DNA from: Saprospira sp. CCB-QB6
Lineage (GTDB): Bacteria; Bacteroidota; Bacteroidia; Chitinophagales; Saprospiraceae
Reading direction: 5' to 3'
NCBI RefSeq assembly: GCF_028464065.1
Contig: NZ_CP116808.1
Span: forward strand, 1,263,886-1,327,885
Length of the DNA: 64,000 bases
The stretch's first letter is position 1; every line of letters starts with the position of its first letter. The translations under genes were made by a program, and so were the position numbers. Shown here in pieces: positions 1 to 8,278 of this stretch. Below the pieces are notes generated by a model, which worked only from the letters and a program-made list of their open reading frames with translations, did not search any database and had not been told where the DNA came from.

Positions 1-183
1 TAATGGTGTCAGTAACTATTTAGCCCAAAAGTCGTCCCCAAGCAGTTTGGACCAAGGACAAAATTAAATTTTTTATGCTAAATTTATAATCCACCTCTCA
101 GAACTTTCTCCCGATTCTCTTATTTCTGCCCAAATCTATTGGCCCAAAAGCCTTTTTTGCAGCCTAAGGCTTCCCAATCCCCT

Positions 184-320
184 CGGCCCAGCGCTGCGCA
201 GGGGGGGCGCGTAGCGCCAGACCGAGGCGCTGCAAGCGCCGCAGGGCCGAGCGACTTGCGAGCCCCGAAGCATAGCGGCGGCCAAGCGAGGCGAAGCCGA
301 GCCGGCCGCGGGCCCCAAAA
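184..320 (-). repeat. GC-rich modular palindromic intergenic repeat, copy A (gamma-type variant, minus orientation: ends ...GCGGGCCCCAAAA)
   Basis: Contains GCAGGGCCGAGCGA...GAGCCCCGAAGCATAGCGGCGGCC...GGGCCCCAAAA. Near-identical in architecture to the copy at 55068-55196 and reverse-complementary to 58196-58325. Creates a spurious 64-codon N-terminal extension of ORF 139..2517. Confidence 0.7.
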
Positions 321-330
321 CCATCTAACT

Positions 331-2517
331 ATGAAAGCGCTTTACTTCCTTATTTTCCTGCTGCCTAGCTGCCTCAGCGCTCAAAATAGCAAGCTGAATG
401 TTGACCTTTTTCGCCTTTGGCAAATGGGCGGCAGCGAAAAACTAGAGCTGATGGTCCAAGGCGATCCGCAGACGATAAAAGAACTGGCCAAACAAACCGA
501 TAGTCAATATAAATATGGCCTTAATGATCTGGCCGCCCTCTCTATCCCCCTGCAAAAGCTGCCCCTTTGGTGGGAAAACCCCAAAATTAAAGGCCTGCAA
601 GCCCAGCGCCTTTCCCCTCTCTATTTTTTTGAGCAAGATAGCCTGATGCTGGCCAATAATAACGCCCTTGCCGCTCATGAAGGCTGGGGGTTGCCCCAAT
701 CTTTTGAGGGCGAGGAGGTGCTTGTCGGCATTATTGATGACGGCTACGAATGGCAGCATCCCGACTTCTGGCAGCCCGATGATAGCAGCAGCCGCTTCCT
801 GAGCATTTGGGACCAAGATTATTTTTCGCCCAACTTTTTTCTGGGCCAATATGGCTATGGCAGCTATTGGAGCAAGGCCCATATTGATTCGGGCCTGATT
901 ACTCATCCCCCAGGCGAACATGGCTCGCATGTGCTGGGCACTGCCGCTGGAAATGGCCTAGCTGCCCAAAAATATAGCGGCATTGCCCCCAAAGCCGAGC
1001 TTTTGGCCGTGGCCCTGAGCGAAGATGGACAGTTTTTGCCCCGCTTTGTGGATGCCGTCCACCATATTTTTCAAGAAGCTAAGCGATTGGGAAAACCCTG
1101 CGCCATTAACTCTAGTGTAGGGGCCTATTATGGCTCGCATGATGGTCAAGACTTGTATACGGCTATGATTGAAGCTATGCTAGAGGAGGAAAACGGCCGT
1201 GCATTGATTCAAGCAGGTGGCAATGCCCGTCAGGCTAAAATGCACTGGCAAAAGAAGCGAGAAGATAGCGCTAGTCTGGCCTTTTTGCCCCTCAATGGCC
1301 AAGCATTTCGCAGCTCGGCCTTTATTGATACTAGTGACTGGGCCCAATTGCATTGGCAATTTGAGCTAAAGGGAAGTCAGGGACAAACATTGGTCCTTAG
1401 TCGCCCTTTTTCCCCTGCCGATTTGCCGCCGCATAGCCCCCTACCCGCCCAAAGAATAGATACTATATATATAGGTCCACAAGGCCCCCTGATTTTAGAG
1501 CAATATTTGGCCGAATGGCAAGGCTGCCTAGAGTGGTATTTTCAACTGCGGGGAAACAATTTGCAAAATCAACAGCTTTTTTTGCATTGGAGCGGGAGCG
1601 GCAAGCTTGATATTTGGAGCCATGAACGCAATATGGGACTCTCTGATATTCTTCAACAGGCCAATAGCTCTCATTATGTTGCGCCCGATAACCAACAAAC
1701 CCTAGCGGCTTATTGGACCTGCTCGCCCAAGGTCATCACGGTGGCGGCCTATCAAAACCGCGATCAACTACATAATTATGCTGGCGATACCGTCTCTTTG
1801 GCCTATGCGGGCTTTCCGATCTTTGGGATTGCAGATTTTTCTAGCCTCGGCCCTAGTCGAACGGGCCTACAAAAGCCCGATTTAACGGCCCCTGGGGGGC
1901 AGGTCCTTTCGGCAGGCAGTCTGGCCGCCCTGCAAGCCGCTCGAAACAGTAATTATATATATCTGGACCAAGGCGGTTGGCATGTTTCCGCTAAAGGGAC
2001 CTCTATGGCCGCCCCTATGGTCACGGGGGCCGCTGCCCTCTATTTTCAATGCCAACCCCAGGCCGATTGGGCCGAGCTCAAAGCCGCCTTACTACAATCG
2101 GCCCGCAAAGATGCTTGGGTCTATAGCGCTGGCGCGCCGCCCAATATAGACTGGGGAGCAGGTAAACTAGATGTGCAGACGCTTTTGCAAAACTGCCTAA
2201 AGCCGGGCTGCCTAGACAGCAACGCCCTCAACTTTGTCCCCAACGCTTGGGTAGAAGATGGCTCTTGCTACTACCCTAGTTCCACAGATTACCTGAGCGA
2301 GCAAGGGCCAAAGCTCTGGCCCAATCCCTTTAGCGCCCAACTGCAAATAGAATTACCTCAGGCGGGCCAGCTTTGCTTTTATAATGTTTTGGGCCAAGAA
2401 GTGGCTCGCTATATTTTGCCTGCTGGCCCAAAAACAATTGGTACCGAAAATTGGCCCAAGGGCAGTTACTTCTGGAAATGGGAAAATGGACAAAGCGGAA
2501 AGCTCATTAAGCAGTAA
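331..2517 (+). CDS. Subtilisin-like S8 serine peptidase with T9SS C-terminal sorting domain
   Basis: Real start is Met65 of the ORF (MKALYFLIFLLPSCLSAQ signal peptide); the upstream codons come from the repeat. Catalytic motifs IIDDGYEW (Asp), HGSHVLGTAAG (His) and GTSMAAPMVTGAAALY (Ser). C-terminus KLWPNPFSAQLQIELPQAGQLCFYNVLGQEVARYIL resembles Por/T9SS tails. Confidence 0.8.
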   Translation: MKALYFLIFLLPSCLSAQNSKLNVDLFRLWQMGGSEKLELMVQGDPQTIKELAKQTDSQYKYGLNDLAALSIPLQKLPLWWENPKIKGLQAQRLSPLYFFEQDSLMLANNNALAAHEGWGLPQSFEGEEVLVGIIDDGYEWQHPDFWQPDDSSSRFLSIWDQDYFSPNFFLGQYGYGSYWSKAHIDSGLITHPPGEHGSHVLGTAAGNGLAAQKYSGIAPKAELLAVALSEDGQFLPRFVDAVHHIFQEAKRLGKPCAINSSVGAYYGSHDGQDLYTAMIEAMLEEENGRALIQAGGNARQAKMHWQKKREDSASLAFLPLNGQAFRSSAFIDTSDWAQLHWQFELKGSQGQTLVLSRPFSPADLPPHSPLPAQRIDTIYIGPQGPLILEQYLAEWQGCLEWYFQLRGNNLQNQQLFLHWSGSGKLDIWSHERNMGLSDILQQANSSHYVAPDNQQTLAAYWTCSPKVITVAAYQNRDQLHNYAGDTVSLAYAGFPIFGIADFSSLGPSRTGLQKPDLTAPGGQVLSAGSLAALQAARNSNYIYLDQGGWHVSAKGTSMAAPMVTGAAALYFQCQPQADWAELKAALLQSARKDAWVYSAGAPPNIDWGAGKLDVQTLLQNCLKPGCLDSNALNFVPNAWVEDGSCYYPSSTDYLSEQGPKLWPNPFSAQLQIELPQAGQLCFYNVLGQEVARYILPAGPKTIGTENWPKGSYFWKWENGQSGKLIKQ

Positions 2518-2589
2518 ACAACGCTCAAAAAGGGGCAAAACTTAGGTTTCCCCCCTTTTTTTAGGCCCTAAAATCAATAGACTTCTAAA

Positions 2590-2670
2590 TTTCGCTGCTA
2601 AGCGAGTCTAGCTAATTTGTAGTAGGGTCAGTCCAGAAAAAAAAGATAGGGTCTTAGACATACTCCCCAA
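2590..2670 (+). repeat. Second repeat family (about 80 bp), copy 1: TTCGCTGCTAAGCGAG.CTAGCT.ATTTGTAGTAGGGTC.GTCCAGAAAAAAAAGATAGGG.CTTAGACA
   Basis: About 90% identical to 15965-16045. Both copies lie 3' of a large T9SS-tailed gene and are followed by AT-rich TTGCAA-containing motifs. Confidence 0.55.
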
Positions 2671-2671
2671 G

Positions 2672-2989
2672 CTAATTGTAATTTGCAAATTAAGCTGGGC
2701 GTCACGCCCACGTTAATTGTAATCTGCAAATTAAGCTGGGCGCCACGCCCACGTTAATTGTAATCTGCAAATTAGGCTGGGCGCCACGCCCACGTTAATT
2801 GTAATCTGCAAATTAGGCTGGGCGCCACGCCCACGTTAATTGTAATTTGCAAATTAGGCTGGGCGCCACGCCCACGTTAATTGTAATCTGCAAATTAAGC
2901 TGGGCGTCACGCCCAGGTTAATTGTAATCTGCAAAACAGGCGGGGGATTTTCCCAACACCAATTGTAATCCGCAGATTGGCCCAAAACC
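2672..2989. repeat. 41-bp tandem array, about 6 clean plus 2 degenerate units: TTAATTGTAATCTGCAAATTAAGCTGGGCG(C/T)CACGCCCACG
   Basis: Units start at 2672, 2713, 2754, 2795, 2836, 2877 and 2918. Each unit has a GGGCG-CCA-CGCCC hairpin (or CTGGGCGTCACGCCCAG) plus an AT-rich semi-palindrome TTAATTG..CAAATTAA. There are no unique spacers, so this is not CRISPR. Confidence 0.85.
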
Positions 2990-3010
2990 TTTGTTTAGCC
3001 GCATAAAAAA

Positions 3011-3040
3011 GGCCGCAGTTCCTTTTTAGGAACTGCGGCC
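3011..3040. terminator. Symmetric hairpin GGCCGCAGTTCC-TTTTTAGG-AACTGCGGCC, putative bidirectional terminator
   Basis: Perfect 11-bp stem read directly, 20 bp downstream of the stop of the minus-strand gene 3060..4136. Confidence 0.55.
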
Positions 3041-3059
3041 GAGGCATTGGCCCAAGAAT

Positions 3060-4136
3060 TTAGGCGGGGGCCAAGCGTTTTTCGATATATTTAGAATTCA
3101 TGATGCGGAGGATCGCCATATAATCGAGTTTAAACTCGATCAGATCGCCAACGCCTAATTCCTTTTCATTGCTTCCTAGGTCAATTACGACCATATCCGA
3201 GGAGGCGCCCAGCATTTTGTGTTTGGGGTCGGCCAATTGCAGATGGGCTTCATCTACATCTAGCAGGCCAAGGTCGATAATTGCGCGGACCGCTGTTTTT
3301 TGTCGAAGTTCTTCTTTAAAAGTCACGGCTTCGCCCTTGAGGTTAAGGCCCATATTGCCATCGGGCACCAGGGGTTTTTCGTTCAGCTCAATGATTTGGG
3401 CATAAAGCTTAAAGACATCTTGGTGCATCCGTTCATAGGTCCGATTATTATAGACATCGGTCCCTAGATAAAGGGTCTCTCCTACTCTAAAGTGATTGAT
3501 TCCCGCGGGCAATAGGTTCTGAAAAATGAGGGGAATCGTCACAGAGGAGCCCCCAGACACCAGCGGAATTTCTCGGTTAAATTTGGCCTCTACCAGTTGT
3601 TCATAGAGGCAAAGTTGGATCAATTTATCTTGGCTGGGCAAAACGCCATACATACAAGTGAGATTGGTTCCAATGCCCACCACTTGAATATTGGGCAATT
3701 TGAAGACCTGCTCATAAAAGTCCATAAACTCCTCTCGCATCACGCCTTCTCGCAGTTCGCCCATTTCGATCATAATAATCACTTTATGCAATTTATTTTG
3801 GCGGGCGGCCTCTTCGGACAGCAGGCGGATGCTTTCGATCTCCGTATTAAAAGAGATATCGGCATATTGGACAATTTCGGGAATAATTTCTTGGGGGGGC
3901 GGCTTAATATAGATCGTCTCCACCTCTTCCGAGATAGATTTGATCATTTTGAGGTTGCTCAGGCGGGAGTCGCACAGTTGTTTGGCGCCCAATTTAATGA
4001 GTTCCTCTAGGTAGAGGCGGTGGCCACAAAGCATTTTGGAAACCACGGCCCATTGGATATTTTTTTCTTGAAAAAGCTCGTCTAAGCGTTGGTAGTTTTC
4101 GGCTAGTTTTTGACTATCTAAGGTGATAAATGCCAT
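3060..4136 (-). CDS. Alanine-racemase-fold PLP enzyme (predicted amino-acid racemase, COG3457-like)
   Basis: The N-terminus WAVVSKMLCGH resembles the alanine racemase PLP-lysine motif AVVKANAYGHG. 358 aa, and the overall layout fits the N-terminal barrel plus C-terminal domain of the Ala racemase fold. Family assignment is from memory of that fold only. Confidence 0.55.
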   Translation of the reverse strand: MAFITLDSQKLAENYQRLDELFQEKNIQWAVVSKMLCGHRLYLEELIKLGAKQLCDSRLSNLKMIKSISEEVETIYIKPPPQEIIPEIVQYADISFNTEIESIRLLSEEAARQNKLHKVIIMIEMGELREGVMREEFMDFYEQVFKLPNIQVVGIGTNLTCMYGVLPSQDKLIQLCLYEQLVEAKFNREIPLVSGGSSVTIPLIFQNLLPAGINHFRVGETLYLGTDVYNNRTYERMHQDVFKLYAQIIELNEKPLVPDGNMGLNLKGEAVTFKEELRQKTAVRAIIDLGLLDVDEAHLQLADPKHKMLGASSDMVVIDLGSNEKELGVGDLIEFKLDYMAILRIMNSKYIEKRLAPA

Positions 4137-4182
4137 TACAAATGGTTTACTGAAAAAATAGGTATGTATTTATCTAGGAGGG

Positions 4183-4309
4183 TTTTGGGGCTGCCCCTGC
4201 GGCCTGCGGCCTTGGGTCGGGCTGTTTCGCAGCTCGCTATTCGCTCGGCCCTTCGGCGCTTGCAGCGCCTCGGTCTGGCCTAACGGCCACTGCTGTCCAT
4301 CCCTCAGCC
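4183..4309 (+). repeat. GC-rich modular repeat copy B (alpha-type: TTTTGGGGCTGCCCC...CGCAGCTCGCTATTCGCTCGGCCC...GGTCTGGCC...GGCCACTGCTGTCCATCCCTCAGCC)
   Basis: Read directly. The internal hairpin is GGCGCTTGCAGCGCC. Confidence 0.8.
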
Positions 4310-4505
4310 AGATTTAATCGCGCTGCTTTGGCCATAGTTTGCTATGAATTTTCTGCTAGGCCAGCTATTTTTTAAGGGCATAGCCTTCGCTATGGCTGAG
4401 AAAAATAGGGCCGACTAGCGGGAAATTGCTGCAAACTATAAAAGTGAGTGCGTTTAAATCTGGCTATTGCCTGCGGCCCTTCGGGCCTGTAGGAGGCAGA
4501 GGAGT

Positions 4506-4949
4506 TTATTTTTTCAGTCGCATTTCGAGATAAGGATTAGTAAATCCTAATTTTTCATAAAGCTGCTTAGCGGGATTATCTTTTTCTACATGCAGGGCGA
4601 TATCTCCGGGGGTTTGCTCAATTGCTGCCTGCATTAGTTGTTTTCCTAGGCCTTTTCCTCTAAATTGCGCATCTACGGCAATATAGACCAGGATATTTTC
4701 GGGGATATAGCCAGTCATGCCTGTGCGGTTAAGCACAGTAGTGCCGGCCAATTGCCCTTGATGATAGATGCTAAAAATCTGGCCCCCAGCGGCTTGTTCT
4801 GTCTGGCCGAGGGAATAATCCATAGCGGCTAGAATTTGCTCTTTGGGGTCTCCGTATTGTTCTAGATGTTTAAATAAAAAGTTGGCCATTTCTTCTTTCT
4901 CCGCTTCAGTTGGCTGATGTTCAGGAGAGTAAGATTTGATCGTTGCCAT
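4506..4949 (-). CDS. GNAT family N-acetyltransferase
   Basis: 147 aa. Acetyl-CoA binding motif QFRGKGLGKQLMQAAIE (Q/RxxGxG/A). Confidence 0.8.
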   Translation of the reverse strand: MATIKSYSPEHQPTEAEKEEMANFLFKHLEQYGDPKEQILAAMDYSLGQTEQAAGGQIFSIYHQGQLAGTTVLNRTGMTGYIPENILVYIAVDAQFRGKGLGKQLMQAAIEQTPGDIALHVEKDNPAKQLYEKLGFTNPYLEMRLKK

Positions 4950-5198
4950 TTTGATGATAAGTATTTTGAGGTTAAAAAATCTAATTGCGATAACCGTATA
5001 GGTTATCTATTTGTTTGAACAAAGGTACAGTTTTCTGTCTGCAAAGCCAGTTGGGTAAAATGCGAGAGCAGGAAAACCCTTGTCTTGAGGGGAGTTGAAC
5101 TAAATTATTGTTCAAGAAACAACCAATTGACAAACAGACCATTAAGTTGATAAGCGAAAGCTTAAAATATAATTTGGGTTAAATTTTCTTGAGTTTTG

Positions 5199-5364
5199 CA
5201 GGGCCGAAGGCCCGCAAAGGAGCGTAGCGACGCGGCTGAGGGATGGACAGCAGTGGCCGCAGGCCAGACCAAGGCGGCAAAGCCGCCGCAGGGCCGAGCG
5301 ATCAGCGAGCTGCGAAACAGCCCGACCCAAGGCCGCAGGCCGCAGGGGCAGCCCCAACAAAAAA
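5199..5364 (-). repeat. GC-rich modular repeat copy C (alpha-type, minus orientation)
   Basis: AAAGGAGCGTAGCGACGCGGCTGAGGGATGGACAGCAGTGGCC...GGCCAGACC...GCAGGGCCGAGCGATCAGCGAGCTGCGAAACAGCCCGACCC...GGGGCAGCCCCAACAAAA. Provides the spurious 43-codon N-terminal extension of ORF 5243..6469. Confidence 0.8.
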
Positions 5365-5371
5365 TAAAAAG

Positions 5372-6469
5372 ATGAAAGCAGGAGAAATTATACGATTTAT
5401 CTATTCGGGTCAGCGGGCCGAGATTTTGGAGGATTATTTAGATGGCAGCTACCGGGTGTGGTTGTTGGAGGAGGATGAGGAGAGCATTGCCTTTGGGGAT
5501 GATGTTGTGCCAGAGGCCCATTATACGGGCCCGCAGATTTCTGATATCCAGCGGGAGTTTGGCAAAAAGAAGCCGAAAAAAGCGCCCAAGGGATTATCTA
5601 CTGAAGAATTATTTTATACCAAGGAAGAGATAGAGGCGCGGAAAGCGGGTCGGCCATTGCCGAAAAAAGAGGCTCCTATTCCGGTTTATCAGGCGCCCAA
5701 GATTGAGGGCAAGGGGCCAGAAAACAAAGGAATTTACCTTGCGTTTTATCCTTATGCGCAGGGGCAATACAGCATTTACTTAGTCAATGATACGCCTTAT
5801 GGGTTTAATTTTGAGTTTGAGTTGCAGATTTTGCAGCGCGTAGCGCAGTCGCTCAAGCAGCATATTGGGCCACATGATTACTTTCCGATTGCAGAATTTG
5901 CGCATGCCAATTTGAATGATTCGCCTCAGCTTAATTTGCGTTTGCCCGTTTTTGAATTGGAGCATCATTTTAAGCTCAAGTACAAGAAATGGATCAAGTT
6001 GCAGCAGGCCATTCCCTTGTTGGGTTTGGAGTTAGAGGGCTATCCTTGCTTTAGTTTAGCGGAATTGGAAGCCCGCAAGGCGCAGCCCAAAACTAGTTTA
6101 AAAAAGTACACCTTAGCGCAGCGCAAAACGCAGATTCACAAAGAGATTCATCGCAGATATTACAACAAGCAAGATGCGCAGCGATTGGCGCATTTTGAGC
6201 CTCGTTTGGATTTGCATATTGAGAATGTGGTCCCTGAGGATTATAAAGACTTACAGCCCTTTGAGTGTTTAGAATTTCAGCTAGAGGCCCTAGAAGACTA
6301 TCTTAATCAGGCCCTAGAAATTGGCTTTTCGGGGCAGTTAGAAGTCATTCATGGGGTAGGTACAGGTCGTTTGATGAAAGAGACACATCGGCGTTTGGAT
6401 CTATTGGAGCGGAAGAAAATGATCAAGGGCTATCAGTGCGAGGGGGGGAACACCTTCGTAAAATTCTAG
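5372..6469 (+). CDS. Smr-domain protein (MutS2-C-terminal-like small MutS-related domain)
   Basis: Start taken at Met44 (MKAGEIIRF...) because the upstream codons are repeat-derived. The C-terminus LEVIHGVGTGRLMKETHRRLD matches the Smr motif LxxIHGxGtGxL. The Lys/Pro-rich central region has no recognisable domain. Confidence 0.6.
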   Translation: MKAGEIIRFIYSGQRAEILEDYLDGSYRVWLLEEDEESIAFGDDVVPEAHYTGPQISDIQREFGKKKPKKAPKGLSTEELFYTKEEIEARKAGRPLPKKEAPIPVYQAPKIEGKGPENKGIYLAFYPYAQGQYSIYLVNDTPYGFNFEFELQILQRVAQSLKQHIGPHDYFPIAEFAHANLNDSPQLNLRLPVFELEHHFKLKYKKWIKLQQAIPLLGLELEGYPCFSLAELEARKAQPKTSLKKYTLAQRKTQIHKEIHRRYYNKQDAQRLAHFEPRLDLHIENVVPEDYKDLQPFECLEFQLEALEDYLNQALEIGFSGQLEVIHGVGTGRLMKETHRRLDLLERKKMIKGYQCEGGNTFVKF

Positions 6470-6504
6470 GCAATTTAGAATCAGGAAATTGGGGCAGAAA
6501 AGTT

Positions 6505-6534
6505 TTTGATATTAGAAAAATAAGCTTAAGTTTG
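6505..6534 (+). promoter_or_regulatory. Candidate Bacteroidota sigma-A promoter (TTTG-N18-TAAGTTTG) upstream of rpmI
   Basis: TTTG at 6505-6508 and TAAGTTTG at 6527-6534. This fits the established Bacteroidota -33 TTTG / -7 TAnnTTTG consensus at near-consensus spacing. Confidence 0.3.
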
Positions 6535-6574
6535 CAGTCGATTTTCAAAAATCTGTTTAAAAAAACGTATTACC

Positions 6575-6769
6575 ATGCCTAAAGTAAAAACGCATTCAGG
6601 TGCTAAGAAACGCTTTTCGGTTACGGGTAGCGGCAAGATCAAACGTCGTCGTAGTGGAAAGAGCCACATTTTGACAAAAATGTCAAAAAAGCGTAAGCTT
6701 CGTCTACGTCACGCAGGTCTTTGTGCTCCTAGCGATGCCAAGCGCGTTAAGAAGATGCTTAACATCTAG
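6575..6769 (+). CDS. rpmI: 50S ribosomal protein L35
   Basis: [33 protein letters not shown]... is canonical L35, 64 aa. Confidence 0.95.
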   Translation: MPKVKTHSGAKKRFSVTGSGKIKRRRSGKSHILTKMSKKRKLRLRHAGLCAPSDAKRVKKMLNI

Positions 6770-6878
6770 TACTAGCATCTAGAAACATCTAAGAGGTGCC
6801 TTAGTGGACAAGTTGTGGGTCCCTTCTCACCTGCACCCCAGGCCCTTATTTTATCTATCTATTTTAAATTATTAAGCT

Positions 6879-7226
6879 ATGCCACGTTCGGTAAATTCTG
6901 TAGCTTCAAGAAGAAGAAAGAAGAAAATTTTGAAGCAGGCCCGCGGTTACTTTGGAGCGAGATCTAAAGTTTATACCGTTGCCAAAAATGCGGTTGAAAA
7001 AGGTATGCAGTATGCATACATCGGCCGTAAATTGAAAAAGCGCAGCTATCGTGCTCTTTGGATCCAGCGTATCAACGCTGCTGTTCGCCAAGAGGGCCTC
7101 AGCTACTCTCGCTTTATGCACCTTTTGTCTCAGAGCGGTATCGAGCTCAACCGTAAAGTGTTGGCCGATCTAGCGATGAACGAGCCTGCTGCTTTCAAAG
7201 CTATCGTGAATGCGGTAAAGAAATAG
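6879..7226 (+). CDS. rplT: 50S ribosomal protein L20
   Basis: [70 protein letters not shown]... is canonical L20, 115 aa. Confidence 0.95.
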   Translation: MPRSVNSVASRRRKKKILKQARGYFGARSKVYTVAKNAVEKGMQYAYIGRKLKKRSYRALWIQRINAAVRQEGLSYSRFMHLLSQSGIELNRKVLADLAMNEPAAFKAIVNAVKK

Positions 7227-7260
7227 GCAATATTTCTTTGAGATGAATACTTCGGTATTC

Positions 7261-7309
7261 AGCACAAAAAAAGACCTGTACGCTTGGCGTACAGGTCTTT
7301 TTTTGTGCT
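7261..7309. terminator. Long perfect palindrome AGCACAAAAAAAGACCTGTACGC-TTG-GCGTACAGGTCTTTTTTTGTGCT, bidirectional terminator
   Basis: 23-bp perfect stem with T/A tracts on both arms. Lies between the convergent rplT (+) and 7324..8256 (-). Confidence 0.7.
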
Positions 7310-7323
7310 TTGAACTTGAGTGT

Positions 7324-8256
7324 TTAGCTCAAAATCATATCCTCATAGCGGATAAATTGCTCAAAGCCTTTTTTGGCAAAATAGGCTTTGGTTTCGGCCT
7401 CGCTGCGTTGGCTGCTGACGAGAACGAAATCGCCGCCCCAGGCGCCTAGGGGTTTTACGGTTCCCCAGAAATCATCAAAGAACTGGGCTTTGGGTCCTTC
7501 TTGGCCCAGAATGGGTTGCAAAAGGGCCTGATGTTCTTCGAGTAGGTCTTCAAAATCTTCCAAATCCTTGCAGTATTGGGCCACATTATGGGTAATCTGG
7601 CTAATTCTGGGAATGGGAGCTTCTCTTTCTTCTGCGGGCTTCACTTTGTAGTGGACCAAAGCTTCGCGGCTGCTCTGCTTTTTATTGAGGTGCAGAAAAT
7701 AAAGTTGATGTTTAAAATTAGGGGCAAAGGGGGCGGGATAAGCCTGTGGTTGCCCATTAAACAAACGGTAAAGAATAGGCCCCTTAGCCTTGGCTGCGGC
7801 CAAATCATAGCCTGAGCCGCCAAAGCTTTCGGCTAGAAGTTGGTGGGCATCCACCTGTGCCCAATCGGCTAATAGACTGATTAAGGTAGAAGATGAACCC
7901 AAGCCCCAATCTCTGGGAAACTCTAGTTGGGTGGTTACTTCTAGTCCTTGACCATCCGCTAAGAAATTGGGATTTTTCTCTTGGGCAATTTGGAGCAAGA
8001 TGAGCAGGCGCTCGGCTTCTTCGGCCTCGCCTTCAACCTTAATCAGTTCCAAATCGGGCAGGCTGACCCAAATCTCTAGCCAGCAATTGCCATTTTCTTC
8101 TAGGCTGCGCCAATGCAATTGGCCTTCCTTTTCGCCTTCTTCTACCGCTATACTTTGGCCCTTTTTGGTGGGCAATGCCAGAGCGGTAGCGCCCTCAGTC
8201 ACAAAATATTCGGCTGTGAGCAAAAGCTTGCCATTGGCATGTTGTGAAAAAATCAT
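7324..8256 (-). CDS. GHMP-family kinase
   Basis: GHMP ATP-binding motif PRDWGLGSSSTLISLL (PxGSGLGSSAA-like) and C-terminal GAWGGDF. Substrate cannot be assigned from sequence. Confidence 0.6.
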   Translation of the reverse strand: MIFSQHANGKLLLTAEYFVTEGATALALPTKKGQSIAVEEGEKEGQLHWRSLEENGNCWLEIWVSLPDLELIKVEGEAEEAERLLILLQIAQEKNPNFLADGQGLEVTTQLEFPRDWGLGSSSTLISLLADWAQVDAHQLLAESFGGSGYDLAAAKAKGPILYRLFNGQPQAYPAPFAPNFKHQLYFLHLNKKQSSREALVHYKVKPAEEREAPIPRISQITHNVAQYCKDLEDFEDLLEEHQALLQPILGQEGPKAQFFDDFWGTVKPLGAWGGDFVLVSSQRSEAETKAYFAKKGFEQFIRYEDMILS

Positions 8257-8278
8257 AGAGTTTAATTTATTTAGTGTA

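Noticed and set aside
139-330. N-terminal 64 codons of ORF 139..2517 (MAQKPFLQPKASQSPRPSAAQGGRVAPDRGAASAAG...)
   Set aside because: This stretch is a translation of repeat copy A. A strong signal peptide begins at the internal Met (nt 331), so the upstream codons are not coding.
2672-2989. 41-bp tandem array as a possible CRISPR array (and likewise 54429-54731)
   Set aside because: Units are contiguous and near-identical over their full length. There are no interspersed unique spacers and no cas genes in the window.
3169-4010. Plus-strand ORFs 3169..3405 and 3597..4010 antisense to the racemase-like gene; similar antisense ORFs inside the TPR gene (33082..35661 +), rpsA, the ABC-F gene and the HtrA gene
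   Set aside because: They are fully nested antisense to longer ORFs with recognisable domains, have biased or low-complexity composition, and lack start context.
6780-6870. Possible tRNA or structured RNA between rpmI and rplT (GGACAAGTTGTGGGTCCCTTCTCACCTGCACCCCAGGCCC)
   Set aside because: I could not fold it into a cloverleaf or a convincing L20-binding pseudoknot by eye. There is no anticodon or T-arm signature.
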